A DNA stretch of 64,000 bases from a virus: positions 2,338 through 66,337 of the IMG/VR virus record IMGVR_UViG_3300031111_000012. The stretch is one strand, 5' to 3'. The position numbers and the translations under genes were made by a program. Shown piece by piece: positions 26,455 to 36,493 of this stretch (the stretch's first letter is position 1; every line of letters begins with the position of its first letter). The notes below the pieces were generated by a model that was given only the letters and a program-made list of their open reading frames with translations, was not told the DNA's origin and made no database searches.

Positions 26455-26929
26455 CGTTGGTTGCCTCCGGAAGGTTATGGTGCACGATGGTGTTCAACAA
26501 CCCACCGTAATAATCGAGCACGGAGGGGCTGATGAGTTTGGCAGCTGCGTAAGCCTCCGCACTGTATATGCTGGGATCCTCGAGCCTCACGGATACAGAC
26601 ACCGTGAAGTTGAGGGGGTCCTTCATTTTCTTCTTCGGGTGTTCGAGGAAGTCAACGGTTTTAATATCGAGCCCTTGACCGTTTGCGATAGGCAGCTCTA
26701 CGAGGTTCATGCCGTAGTCAACATCGTGGGCATACCAAGCTTCAAAAAGGCCAAGCTCCTCAACTGAGAACTCAAAGGACAGTTTTACACCCTCGGGGTT
26801 CGTGGTAGAAGTGCGCCGCTTTGCAATTGACCCCCGCTCAAAGGTGCTAACAACAAAGGTTTGTTCCGCCTCAATCCCGTACCCAGCATAGGTAGGGTTA
26901 GGCAACAGCGTTGGGTATGATACAGCCAT
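26447..26929 (-). CDS. Distal tail protein
   Basis: YPTLLPNP..GY, LFEAWY motif; directly after tape measure. Confidence 0.7.
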   Translation of the reverse strand: MAVSYPTLLPNPTYAGYGIEAEQTFVVSTFERGSIAKRRTSTTNPEGVKLSFEFSVEELGLFEAWYAHDVDYGMNLVELPIANGQGLDIKTVDFLEHPKKKMKDPLNFTVSVSVRLEDPSIYSAEAYAAAKLISPSVLDYYGGLLNTIVHHNLPEATNDV

Positions 26930-26933
26930 TCAG

Positions 26934-29924
26934 TTATCCTCCGTAGGTCCTGGCACCTGCGCCTCGGTTGAGTGCAAACATACCTGCAAAGGTTTCTGCA
27001 GTTTCACTTTGTCCGGCTTTGGCAAGCTGTGAGATGCCTTGATCAATCTTGCGAATCATCATCTCAATAGACAGCCCTTCGCGGCCTTGGCTGCGAGTTA
27101 TCTCAACCTCTGCACCTGCTTGGTTGATTACATTTATAAACACATTATTTCCTAGGGCCCCGTTGAGGTTTACAGGAACTGAGTGCCCATTGGGCAGTGG
27201 GATGTTTGCTTCGTTGTAGGAGCCTTCCCCATGAACTGAAACCTCAGGGCTTGTGCTAACGCCTCCGGTTGCATAGTACTTCAGGGGCATAGGGCCCTCA
27301 GGAGTCATAATGCCTCCGTTAGCAAACAAGCTGGGCATCGTGAAACTGGAAGCCGTGCTAAAGGATATTCCAGGATCAAACCAAGAAGTACCTATACTGA
27401 AACTTGATGTACCCCCACCTCCCAGCACACTACCCAGCACTGTAGTAATAACATCTTCAATACCGGAGGACAGCGGGCCTATGATGTTTTTCTCAAGCAC
27501 CAGCCTATAGATATCCTGAAGGATAGAATCAATAAGGCCGGAGAACTCAAGCTTGCCGCTTTCAGCCATACGCACAAAGGCATCAGTGATACCTTCCAAT
27601 GCATCCACAGTAACGTCCTCAATCTCGTCGGACATATCGGCCCAATCCTCGGCCATCTTCTCAACTGCGGATTTATTGATCTCCTCTAACTTATCCATTT
27701 GAGCGGAGTACCAAGCATCGAAAGCTTCCTCCAACTCCATCCGCTTTTCAGTACCTTCTTCGTATACTGAAATTTCAGCACGTACGCGCTCAGCCTCAAT
27801 CTCTAGCAGTGCCTCCGCCCGAGCCCTTCGATCCTTGATAAGGTAAGCAGTAGTGGTAGCTGCATCTTGTCGAATGTTGTTCAGTAAGTTGCGATAGGCC
27901 TCTTCCTCACGGGCTGCTGCCTTCTCCGCTGCAGTAAGTACACCATCATCACCACCTGCAGCACCTCCCGACAAATTAGGGAGGTTTTGTTCAAGCGTTT
28001 CTGCCCACCCATTGAAGGCATCCATCTCAGCGAAGATTGCGTCAGAGGTTGCCTCAAACTCAGCACGCTGTTCACGCTGCACTTTCAACTCATCCTCACG
28101 CGCCTTTCTTCGGGCAATAATTTCCTCGCGTTGTTGCAGCGCCTTGCCGATTACCGTGTCGGCAATTCGTACTTCCTGTTCGTAACCTGCAACCACACGA
28201 CGTAACTCAGACTCGATATCCTCGAGGGCCTGTCGGTGCTCAGCACGGAGGTTGAGAATTCGTTTTTCTGCTTCCTCTTGGCCGTTAGCAGAATACGAAA
28301 GTGCATCTGCAAGTTGGCGCAACTGTTCCGCAGTTTCATCGGCACCTAATGCAGCCAGTCCAGAGGCCACAGCATCGAGGAACTCAATAGCCTTCTCCTT
28401 GAGGCTATCCATCACGCCACCATAAAGGCTTTCGATTTGAGCCCCTGCCATGTTCCAGGAATAGGCAACGTTTTCCGCGATAGTCTTTGCGTCAGCTTCC
28501 AACTCTGCAAACACCGACTTACCACGAATGGTAAACTTGTCAATCTCGCCTATGAGTACGGAAAACACAGTGCGCAGATTGGTAGGAAAGTCCATGAAGG
28601 CATCCGATAGGATGTTACCAGTTGCCTCAATGATATAGCCCAGCTCTCGGTTAGTAACCCCTAGGGCAAATGCAAGCGCTTCCCACTGCTCAGGGTCAAG
28701 CGTATCCTGCACCTCTCCCATGGTCATCTGCCATTGCTCAGCCAACACTTGCAGCTTTATAAACGCGTCGCTGAGGTCCCCGGACAGCGTGCTAGCCAGA
28801 TCGGCAGAGGACACTTCGGTGAGGTCCTCTGCATCGATAAGCATCGTCAACGTTGATACTACTGAGGTAGCCTCTTGGGTGGTTTCCCTGAGGGCTGGGG
28901 TGGCCTTATCCGTCGTGGTGATAACGAAACCTTCGATTGCTGACTGAAGTGCCTTCCAATCCCCGGAAAGGTTATCGATACGAATAGCCGCCTGTTCATA
29001 GGCAGTAGAGGTCCCCGTGAGCTTTGCCTCTAGTTGGGTTAACGCATCCACGTTACCCAGCAGGGCCTTTGCTGCGGCTACGTTCTCAAGCCCGAACAGT
29101 TTCATCAACTGCGTGGTGCTGTAGCTGCGTTCGTTGAGGTTTTCTAGGGCCTTGGTCAATCCTACGACTGCAGGGTTGAGTTCATCCTCCCCTGCCTTCT
29201 GCAATCTCAGGATGATGTTACGCAGTGCGGTACCTGCTTGGGTACCCTTGAGGGCCACCGTTGATAGTACTTGGATGCCTGCATTCAACTGCTCAAAGGA
29301 TACGTTTGCATCCGCAGCCACAGTACCAGCGTACTTCAGTGCCTCCGCAGTTTGGGGGATTTCAGAGGCGCCGTACTTAGCACCAGCTGCAAGGACGTTG
29401 ATAAACTTGCTTGCTTGCTCAGCACCAGCACTGAACTGGTTGAGGGCGGAGCCCAAAGTAGACGCAGCCTCAGGCAACGTAATGCCGGCAGCCTCTGCAA
29501 GGGCCAGGGCTTCCTTGGTAACGACAGCAAGGGCCTCCGCATTCTCCAAAAGATCCGGCTTGGCGGAAGCCATAAGCTTGAATGCCTCCGCAGATTGGGA
29601 AGCAGTGAAGGTGGTGGTAGAGCCGAACTCCAACGCTTTAGCCTTGAGATAGTCAAGGTCGTCGCCTACCGCACCAGTGATGGCGGACAGCTCGGATACT
29701 GTCTCGTTAAACCTAGCGGTAGTTTGGATAGCACTGGCAAACGAAAGGCCAGCGCCGATAGTAAGCATGATGCCCTGCGCGGACATAAGGGCATCTTTAA
29801 GCTTACTGAAGGAGCCTATAGTCTGAGAAGCTCCCGCCCTCATACTACCGAGGGCGTTGTTTACTTCCTTGGAACCCTGTCGGGCTCCTTTCGAGTCAAT
29901 CGTTACTCCTAATCTTGTGTCCAT
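26934..29924 (-). CDS. Tail tape measure protein (TP901-type)
   Basis: Ala-rich helical repeats, GSTTTFTASQSAEA, GTQAGTALR, DNLSGDW; C-terminal FANGGI..GE..EA.IPL. Confidence 0.95.
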   Translation of the reverse strand: MDTRLGVTIDSKGARQGSKEVNNALGSMRAGASQTIGSFSKLKDALMSAQGIMLTIGAGLSFASAIQTTARFNETVSELSAITGAVGDDLDYLKAKALEFGSTTTFTASQSAEAFKLMASAKPDLLENAEALAVVTKEALALAEAAGITLPEAASTLGSALNQFSAGAEQASKFINVLAAGAKYGASEIPQTAEALKYAGTVAADANVSFEQLNAGIQVLSTVALKGTQAGTALRNIILRLQKAGEDELNPAVVGLTKALENLNERSYSTTQLMKLFGLENVAAAKALLGNVDALTQLEAKLTGTSTAYEQAAIRIDNLSGDWKALQSAIEGFVITTTDKATPALRETTQEATSVVSTLTMLIDAEDLTEVSSADLASTLSGDLSDAFIKLQVLAEQWQMTMGEVQDTLDPEQWEALAFALGVTNRELGYIIEATGNILSDAFMDFPTNLRTVFSVLIGEIDKFTIRGKSVFAELEADAKTIAENVAYSWNMAGAQIESLYGGVMDSLKEKAIEFLDAVASGLAALGADETAEQLRQLADALSYSANGQEEAEKRILNLRAEHRQALEDIESELRRVVAGYEQEVRIADTVIGKALQQREEIIARRKAREDELKVQREQRAEFEATSDAIFAEMDAFNGWAETLEQNLPNLSGGAAGGDDGVLTAAEKAAAREEEAYRNLLNNIRQDAATTTAYLIKDRRARAEALLEIEAERVRAEISVYEEGTEKRMELEEAFDAWYSAQMDKLEEINKSAVEKMAEDWADMSDEIEDVTVDALEGITDAFVRMAESGKLEFSGLIDSILQDIYRLVLEKNIIGPLSSGIEDVITTVLGSVLGGGGTSSFSIGTSWFDPGISFSTASSFTMPSLFANGGIMTPEGPMPLKYYATGGVSTSPEVSVHGEGSYNEANIPLPNGHSVPVNLNGALGNNVFINVINQAGAEVEITRSQGREGLSIEMMIRKIDQGISQLAKAGQSETAETFAGMFALNRGAGARTYGG

Positions 29925-30273
29925 TAGTGGCCTCGTCAGAAGTGTTTATGGGTTTACCTTGTAGGGTACTTACCCTTACCTTCCTGTAGGCTTCATCGAG
30001 TTGCCTCATGACTCTAACGAAAAAACCTACATCTTGTATTGAGAAAATTTCCGCATGTTCCCTCATCTCCGACAAGGTTATAGGTTCGGAATAGTGTGCA
30101 CGCCCCGCGCGCAAAAAGTTAAACTCTTGAAGCATCCAAGCCCATGTTGGGTCTAGCTCTACCTTTCCTTGTAATAGCTTCGGGGTACGCCCGGTTATCT
30201 TTTCAACCTTCCTTAAGTCCTTTTCTGCTGGGGCTATCTCAAGCCTCCAGCAGACGTACCCGATTAGTTTCCC
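29896..30273 (-). CDS. C-terminal part of the frameshifted tail chaperone (gpGT-like)
   Basis: The -1 frame from the slippery site reads open (KLIGYVCWRLE...WAWMLQEF) into ORF 29896..30135. Confidence 0.8.
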   Translation of the reverse strand, partial: GKLIGYVCWRLEIAPAEKDLRKVEKITGRTPKLLQGKVELDPTWAWMLQEFNFLRAGRAHYSEPITLSEMREHAEIFSIQDVGFFVRVMRQLDEAYRKVRVSTLQGKPINTSDEATNGHKIRSND

Positions 30274-30674
30274 GCTGCGGCCTGGATAGCACTCTCGTAG
30301 AACGTGGTGGCGTCGGAGGCGACCCTTACAACGAAGTCCCTGAAATCATGCAGCTTGGGGTCACTCAGCACTCGAACTGCCGCCTCCTTGCTGTAGGGCA
30401 GCTCCTCACCATCTTCCTTCATGCCCCGCCAGTCAAGCAGTACATGCTCCGCCAACTGCTCGGTTACCACCTTGGTTCCCTGCTCTGAGGAAATGAAGGC
30501 CTTCCGTTCCCCTGGAGTAGCAGAGGAACCCACCGCCTCAGTGATCGCCACGGCAACCGCCAAGTTATAGCGGTTACCAAGGCGAGCTACCAGGATCTCG
30601 GTTTCGAGGTCCACCGGTACCCAGGTACCATTGCGTTCCGCTTCCGGATCAGTTTTCTGTTTTCCCAGGTCCAT
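30264..30674 (-). CDS. Tail assembly chaperone (gpG-like)
   Basis: Between tail tube and tape measure; LLDWRG..EDGEELPYS motif. Confidence 0.85.
   Translation of the reverse strand: MDLGKQKTDPEAERNGTWVPVDLETEILVARLGNRYNLAVAVAITEAVGSSATPGERKAFISSEQGTKVVTEQLAEHVLLDWRGMKEDGEELPYSKEAAVRVLSDPKLHDFRDFVVRVASDATTFYESAIQAAAGN
30267..30273 (-). other. Programmed -1 ribosomal frameshift site G GGA AAC
   Basis: X XXY YYZ heptamer immediately before the chaperone stop codon; the -1 frame is open. Confidence 0.8.
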
Positions 30675-30715
30675 AGTTAAGGGTCCTTTGTTAAGGGTTA
30701 GTGGGTATTTGCTTT

Positions 30716-31906
30716 TTAGCTATTAACCCAACGTTGCAGGCCGATGGTGAACCCGAAGGTTGCATGCATGTAGGCCGTGAAGTCGAACGCCGCTACCACG
30801 TCCTGACCTTGGCCACCACCCAGCACACGACCACCGGTGTACTTCAGCTGAGGCAGAACCACGGAATACCCACCGGAGTTGCCATCACCAAAGGTGTAGG
30901 TAAGCGTGGAGGCCAGGTCGGCCAGGAACCGGGTGTAGATGTCCCAGTCAGCGAAGTACATGGTAACGGTACCATTGACGTTGATCTGACCCTTGCCCAC
31001 ACCTGCAGGAACCGGGCTGCATGCCTGGGGCCGCAACCGCATGTTGTTGGCGACATTGAGTGTCAGGTCAGTGACGATGGGATCGTTGGTTGCGTTGTGC
31101 TCCCTGATCTGGCCGTTGCAGTTTACCGCGTCGATCTTCTCCACCGGGGTGTAACTGTTGATCGACCCATGGTCACTGCTGAGCGCTACAGAACCACCCA
31201 TCAGGCCGAAGTTGATTCCGATCATCTCTTCCGCAGCCAAACCGATACGCATGGTGTTTACCACGTTGCCGGTCAGGAGCATGTACTTCAGTGCCGCCGC
31301 ACCATCAGTGAATTCCTTCTCGATGGCAAAGCTGCGGATGACCTGACCATTGATGATGGAGGAACACTCGGTGACAACATCGGTACCCGATTCATCTGCC
31401 AGGCCAGTGGTATCAACCGTTACAGTATTCGCGCCCACCGCGGTTACCAGGTGGAAGCCATTGTTCCCTGCGTTGGAGAAACCTGCAGTACGAATCATCC
31501 GACCTGCAGTAATGCCGGAAGGGCGGCCACCAGCATAGGTAAAGGTTTTGGTTGAAGCGACTACGGTGATGTCATCCGTGTCCGTCGGAGGAGTACCACC
31601 GGTAGTGCCATCGATGTTCGTCCAGTCACCGGAGCGCAGTGCCGCTTGGAGCAGTTTGTCGTAGGTGCTGTACTCGAGTTGCCCATCGAGGGCGCCTCCC
31701 GAGGATTTGCTGCGCAGCTTGAGCGAAGGAATCTGACCATCGTTGCGCATATCCCCGGAGGTATTGTGCGCAACATTGGGAGCCAGGCCTTCGCTGTTTA
31801 CAGGCAGTTCATCATAGGCGCCACCAGGCGCGGTATCCCACTCAGACTCCTCAGCAAACAGAGTTCGGAAGCCCGCGGTGTCGTGCAAAGTTGAATAGTC
31901 AGGCAT
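30716..31906 (-). CDS. Major tail tube protein
   Basis: Start at MPDYS with RBS AAGGAGG; SGDMRNDGQ, GTVTMYF.D..IYTRF, VLPQLKY patterns; strong codon bias. Confidence 0.85.
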   Translation of the reverse strand: MPDYSTLHDTAGFRTLFAEESEWDTAPGGAYDELPVNSEGLAPNVAHNTSGDMRNDGQIPSLKLRSKSSGGALDGQLEYSTYDKLLQAALRSGDWTNIDGTTGGTPPTDTDDITVVASTKTFTYAGGRPSGITAGRMIRTAGFSNAGNNGFHLVTAVGANTVTVDTTGLADESGTDVVTECSSIINGQVIRSFAIEKEFTDGAAALKYMLLTGNVVNTMRIGLAAEEMIGINFGLMGGSVALSSDHGSINSYTPVEKIDAVNCNGQIREHNATNDPIVTDLTLNVANNMRLRPQACSPVPAGVGKGQINVNGTVTMYFADWDIYTRFLADLASTLTYTFGDGNSGGYSVVLPQLKYTGGRVLGGGQGQDVVAAFDFTAYMHATFGFTIGLQRWVNS

Positions 31907-31917
31907 GGTTTGCCTCC

Positions 31918-32349
31918 TTAGTAATAGCCGAACCAAACAAAGGGAGTACGAACCTGTATGCCGTACCACCCATTCTCTTCTCCAATATCCGACACCGCCG
32001 GAACTCGTAACCGGAGGGCTGAACCCCCAAGGTTTACATAGCGGAGGATATCCGCTACTTGATCTGCAAAGGTTCGGACAGCAGCGGTGCCTTCACCTTT
32101 CCTAACGAAAACGTTTACGTAAAGTACCCCGGTTCCTTTGGACAGCCGGGTACCAACCGCTCCTGAACTCTGCTGAGTTTCCCCTCCTTCTGCGATATGA
32201 CACTCCGCGTACATACCAGAGGTTTCCTCAACCTTACGCAACAGTTCCTCAGTAACAGGAATGTTATCGAACACCTTAAGCACTTCCGAGGAAGGCCAGT
32301 TGGTTGCAATGTGAGTTTCAATTGCAGCGCGCCGTTCCGCCGAGTTCAT
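31918..32349 (-). CDS. Tail terminator protein
   Basis: GVLYVNVFV..GEGT, WYGIQVRTPF; position before the tail tube. Confidence 0.75.
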   Translation of the reverse strand: MNSAERRAAIETHIATNWPSSEVLKVFDNIPVTEELLRKVEETSGMYAECHIAEGGETQQSSGAVGTRLSKGTGVLYVNVFVRKGEGTAAVRTFADQVADILRYVNLGGSALRLRVPAVSDIGEENGWYGIQVRTPFVWFGYY

Positions 32350-32350
32350 C

Positions 32351-32785
32351 CTAAATACTCCTGAGTACTCTTACTAGGTCGGCCTCAACCTCACCGAGGG
32401 TTACGGCAACCATGCCGTTGGGCGCTTGACCACTATGACCATTTTCCAATCGGAAAATATAGGGCAAGGGGTTGATTATGTAGATTACTGAGTATTCGCT
32501 TGCTTGTTGAATCTCAACTGAGCCCTCTAACGCTATGCGGGACGCTGCCTCCGCAGATAGGGGCGCGTTACTCAGGTCCCCGGGAGCCTCGCTATCAGCT
32601 GGAACCTTATTCACGCCTACAAGCCAGGACGCCATAGCCCTTCCAGTATCCACAGGGGTCTTTTGAACCACACCACGTAAAACCTGCAAAGCGACCCGCT
32701 TTAGTACCAGCTCTACGTTGCTGTCGATAGTTTTTGCAAACCTATTAAGGTCCGCAGTGAAACTTGCTAGAGACCCATTACTCAT
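32351..32785 (-). CDS. HK97 gp10-like neck/tail-completion protein
   Basis: TPVDTGRAMASW, NPLPYIFRLENGHSGQAPNGMV. Confidence 0.9.
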   Translation of the reverse strand: MSNGSLASFTADLNRFAKTIDSNVELVLKRVALQVLRGVVQKTPVDTGRAMASWLVGVNKVPADSEAPGDLSNAPLSAEAASRIALEGSVEIQQASEYSVIYIINPLPYIFRLENGHSGQAPNGMVAVTLGEVEADLVRVLRSI

Positions 32786-33174
32786 CTGCGTATGTGTAGG
32801 GTTGCCAGCGCAGTGATAGGATCAGTTGAAGGCTTTATAACTCGCCACTCACTGCCGTCGGAGAAGGTAACCCGTACCATCCCTGGGGCAATTCCGTGAC
32901 CTTGCAAAGCCGCAGTGGGGAAAATCAGCTGCTTGTCTCCCCGCTGTATCTTTTCGCCATCAACTAAGCGCTCCTCAAACTCTACCTGCACTGCCTCCTC
33001 TACATCTACAACTACTTCGTGATCCCTGCTAACGGTCCCCGTTACCGGATCATAGTTAACCCCAACCTGAGGTTCCGAGTTAATGATAAGCCTTGCAGAA
33101 ACTACCAGCTCCTGCGCCTTCAGGAAGGCAAAGGCTTGGGTTATTGCTGACTGCGCAACAGTTTTCAGGGACAT
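32782..33174 (-). CDS. Head closure / head-tail connector
   Basis: YDPVTG, IQRGD motifs; position. Confidence 0.7.
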   Translation of the reverse strand: MSLKTVAQSAITQAFAFLKAQELVVSARLIINSEPQVGVNYDPVTGTVSRDHEVVVDVEEAVQVEFEERLVDGEKIQRGDKQLIFPTAALQGHGIAPGMVRVTFSDGSEWRVIKPSTDPITALATLHIRR

Positions 33175-33175
33175 C

Positions 33176-33703
33176 TCAAGACCTCCCTATTTTAACCATG
33201 CCGTTAACACTCTCCGAGTGCACGCTCTCAGCATAAGGTCGAAGCATCCTTCGGATGAAGTTGGAAATGACTTCCACCTTCTCCTCACGTGCCCGATCGA
33301 ACTTGAAGCTAAGTGGGCCTACCTTCATGTCCGAAATCTGATCAGCTGAGGCTTCCCCAGCTTTGGTACGATCCCGCTCCAACAAGGTCAGTGCGAGTTC
33401 ACACGTTACCTTCACAATGCCCCCCGGGATTGCGTCGTTAGGTGTGAGTACCCCATCTACGTCAATGGAAGCCCGAGGCCAACCTAAAGCCTGGGTATCC
33501 GTCATGCGGTAGCTCCGCCACTCGCAATGGGAGTCAAGGATGCCGGTTGCCGTGATTAGGGCAGCTTTGCGTTCCTCATCATCGCCGGCACCATCCCAAT
33601 CGTCAGAATGCAAGCGACTACCGAAATAGTAACTTGCAGTTTCCAGAGTGACGTAGGAATTGGCGTCTGCTGCGCCGGCTGTAGCTATAAGGTCAATCGC
33701 CAT
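33176..33703 (-). CDS. Head-tail adaptor
   Basis: ADANSYVTLE.A..YF, QALGWPR, IP..IVKVTCELA. Confidence 0.8.
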   Translation of the reverse strand: MAIDLIATAGAADANSYVTLETASYYFGSRLHSDDWDGAGDDEERKAALITATGILDSHCEWRSYRMTDTQALGWPRASIDVDGVLTPNDAIPGGIVKVTCELALTLLERDRTKAGEASADQISDMKVGPLSFKFDRAREEKVEVISNFIRRMLRPYAESVHSESVNGMVKIGRS

Positions 33704-33749
33704 GCCTTGACTCCCAGTGTCTTAAGGTTGCAGGTCCGCGGTGTAGGTT

Positions 33750-34016
33750 TTACTTGTTGGAAGTTGCGCGAGTGCTGCGGCGCACGGTCTTCTTGGGTGC
33801 GGGTGCTTCCTCAGAGGCTTTCGCTTCTGCAACCTCGGCTTCCTCGCCTTCGTCTTCCTCGTCCTCGAGGATCACGCGGCCGTGAATCTTGGAGTCATAG
33901 TCGCCCTTGTTGATCAACATGGTCTGACCTTTCAGGGTGGGGTGCTTGACCCGCACCGTATCCAACTCGCCCACCTTGAAGTTGAAACCTTGCACCACAC
34001 GTTTACGATCATTCAT
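33750..34016 (-). CDS. Small post-capsid protein with acidic then basic tail
   Basis: RBS AAGGAG; MLINKGDYD..IH core. Confidence 0.75.
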   Translation of the reverse strand: MNDRKRVVQGFNFKVGELDTVRVKHPTLKGQTMLINKGDYDSKIHGRVILEDEEDEGEEAEVAEAKASEEAPAPKKTVRRSTRATSNK

Positions 34017-34044
34017 CGTTGTATCTCCTTAATAGGATGTTTGG

Positions 34045-34083
34045 AAAAAGGCGGCAGCCCTTAGGAAGGGGGCTGCCGCAAAA
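34045..34083 (-). terminator. Terminator after the major capsid gene
   Basis: gcggcagccc/gggctgccgc stem with a T-run on the minus strand. Confidence 0.8.
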
Positions 34084-34126
34084 CACCACCAGGACCCGCG
34101 GCGATGTTTATCAACCGCCGGTCTGG

Positions 34127-35404
34127 TTAACCTGCGGTACGGTTGGCGAGTTCAGCGCGAACCAGGGCACCACCGAAGAGGATATCGTAAGCCCAGCGGA
34201 CACGCTTGTGCTGGCGGGTAACCTCCAGGCGCAGGGTCAGGCCCGAGACCGGATCGGTAGCCGATTCGATGATGGAACCCAGACCGCCCATCTCGACATC
34301 CAGCAACGGCCGCGAAGCGAAACCAAAGGCGTCACGATGGAAGGCCAGGTTGACCACATGATCAGCCTTCTGCGTGATGGCTTCACCACCGGAAAGGGCT
34401 ACCTGAAGGCCCGGCTCCACCGCCAGGGTACCAGCACCAGCACCATCGAGCGTGGCATCTGCGGTCAGGGTGTAGGTCTGCGTGTGACCGGCAAAGGTGA
34501 GAATGTCACCTTTCTTGCCGGTACCAGCAGCACCACCAGCGGTAACCGGAACCGACTTGGCACCAGCAGCAGCCGCACCAGCAACCGGAGTACCACCCAG
34601 CGCGCCGGCGGTGTGCGTCGGAACGTCCTGATCCATCAACCAGCCGAAGCCCAGCTTCTCGGTGAGGTTACCCTCGCGGACGTCCATTGCGTTCACGGCG
34701 AAGTTGGTATCCTGGAACGGGCGCAGGTTCAAAGCGTTGGCTTCTGCGTCGGGGTCCATGACGAAGTAACGCGGACCCTTCGGAGCGAGCTGCGCGTTCA
34801 GGTTACGACGGGCCGCCGTTGCATCCGGGATACCATTCGGGTTCGTGGCGCCGACCGGAGCGAAAGGAGTGGTACCGGGAGTGCCATTGAAGCCGTAGAT
34901 GCCAGTGTACAGGCTGAACAGGTACTGGTTTACCGCATTGGCGATGGCCTTCACTGCTTCCGTCATCTGGCCGGGAACGACGCCTGCCTTCGCGTTCGCC
35001 AGATCCTTGTCAGACATGAAGAACGGGGCTTCCTTCCACTGGTCCAAGGTGATCTGGGCCTTGGTCGGAGTAACGCCGGCGTCATCCGGAGCGGTACGAG
35101 CCGGGGTAACGTCCTGGGCGGCGATGGCCGAAGGGATATCGATGTTGACGGTCTCGCCCTTTTCCTTGGCGTCCTCGGAGTAACTGGAGTTGACCAGTGC
35201 CGGCATGACGCAGTTTTCACGCAGCGCCAGCAGGCCTTGGGCCAGGATCTGAGGGGTCACATTGGAAAGGTCGTTGGTGTTATCACGAACACCGATGCCG
35301 CTGTACTCACGGATGAAGAAATGCGGCATGGTAGCAGCAGCGAGGATGCCTGCAATGCCGCCGTGGGAAGCCAGGCGCACTGCCTGGGATACTTGCTTAC
35401 TCAT
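34127..35404 (-). CDS. Major capsid protein (P22 coat-like, HK97 fold)
   Basis: ALRENCVMPALVN, KGETVNI, NLAFHRDAF.FASRPL, SGLTLRL, DILFG; strong codon bias; follows scaffold. Confidence 0.9.
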   Translation of the reverse strand: MSKQVSQAVRLASHGGIAGILAAATMPHFFIREYSGIGVRDNTNDLSNVTPQILAQGLLALRENCVMPALVNSSYSEDAKEKGETVNIDIPSAIAAQDVTPARTAPDDAGVTPTKAQITLDQWKEAPFFMSDKDLANAKAGVVPGQMTEAVKAIANAVNQYLFSLYTGIYGFNGTPGTTPFAPVGATNPNGIPDATAARRNLNAQLAPKGPRYFVMDPDAEANALNLRPFQDTNFAVNAMDVREGNLTEKLGFGWLMDQDVPTHTAGALGGTPVAGAAAAGAKSVPVTAGGAAGTGKKGDILTFAGHTQTYTLTADATLDGAGAGTLAVEPGLQVALSGGEAITQKADHVVNLAFHRDAFGFASRPLLDVEMGGLGSIIESATDPVSGLTLRLEVTRQHKRVRWAYDILFGGALVRAELANRTAG

Positions 35405-35552
35405 GAGAGCCTCCTTTTAGGTGCAAGTGTCGGAACATTAAACGATGTGTTTAAGTTGGGCTTATGCCCTGCCTCTTACGAAGCACAACCTCCGACACCG
35501 CCGAAGGTCTTCTTGGTGGGCTTCCTATCCCTAGCCTGCAGAAGTTGCAGGT

Positions 35553-36329
35553 TTACGAAACCACGTTGACTTTGCCTGCGGCAACGTCCTCCAGGTTTGA
35601 GCCGATCTGGTTGCGGCCAATGGTACCCTTTGACTGGCTACCACTGTCACCACGGTCCTGATTGTTGGCGCCCCCACCGGAGGAGCCCTCGAAAAGGTGT
35701 GGTGCATCCTGCTTGAGAGACTCCGCCCACTCTTCCATGGTGAGCGGATTGGATCCGTCGGCTCCGTACTTAACCTTGTCGCCTTCCATTGCAATCAGGT
35801 TCCCGTCCTCGTCGACGGTCCAGGTTTCGTGGGCGCGGCGCTTGATATCCGCCAGGGCGCCTTTTGCAGGAACACCGATGTTGGTGACCACTTCTGCGAT
35901 ACGGCTATCCACCGAAGTGGTGCGGATGGTATTGAAGCGCTTGTCGGCCAGTTCCTTGAACTTGTCACGATCCTGGGTCACCGCGGCAAGGCGACCTTCA
36001 AAGTCCTGGCGCATGCGCTCGGTACGGTTGGCAAGCAGTTCATCTACTTTGCCCTCATCGATCAGCTGCTTGTCCTTCAGCTGTTCGAGTTCTTCGAGGG
36101 CGGCGCGGGCCTTCTTGGGGTCGATGTCCTTGTACTGGTTAACGGTTCCTTCCAGTTCCTGCACTTTCTGCTGCAGTTGGATGTTGTTGGTTCGGAACTC
36201 CTTCAAACGATCCCTGGAGTCATCGTCGGTGTCCAGCAGGTAGTTGCCGCTGCCGTCCTGCTTGTAATGCGCCTTGAACGCATCCTCCAGTTCGTCGAAC
36301 TCGTTCGCAGTAAGTTTGAATTTCAGCAT
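35553..36329 (-). CDS. Capsid scaffolding protein
   Basis: Start at MLKFKL with GGAGG; coiled coil; APHLFEGSSGGGA motif. Confidence 0.85.
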   Translation of the reverse strand: MLKFKLTANEFDELEDAFKAHYKQDGSGNYLLDTDDDSRDRLKEFRTNNIQLQQKVQELEGTVNQYKDIDPKKARAALEELEQLKDKQLIDEGKVDELLANRTERMRQDFEGRLAAVTQDRDKFKELADKRFNTIRTTSVDSRIAEVVTNIGVPAKGALADIKRRAHETWTVDEDGNLIAMEGDKVKYGADGSNPLTMEEWAESLKQDAPHLFEGSSGGGANNQDRGDSGSQSKGTIGRNQIGSNLEDVAAGKVNVVS

Positions 36330-36493
36330 GATTGAGGCCTCCGGTCTCAAGTGGTTTCAATAGGAACCATGTGTTCCCACAACCATAAGATTAATCGGGA
36401 GGCCTACCTGTCAATGAACTAGTGTACCTATGTAGGTGTAGCAGTTAGGTACCTGCCACCATGGGCAGGTGTATAAAGTCGTAAAGGGAATTT

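Noticed and set aside
34019-35569. 516-aa plus-strand ORF and other long antisense ORFs (6106..7044, 30701..31555, 55823..56671)
   Set aside because: Shadows of strongly codon-biased minus-strand genes; no RBS or recognisable motifs.
36385-36414. TTGACA upstream of the scaffold gene as a sigma70 promoter
   Set aside because: No good -10 hexamer at 16-18 bp spacing; possibly a late promoter but unsupported.
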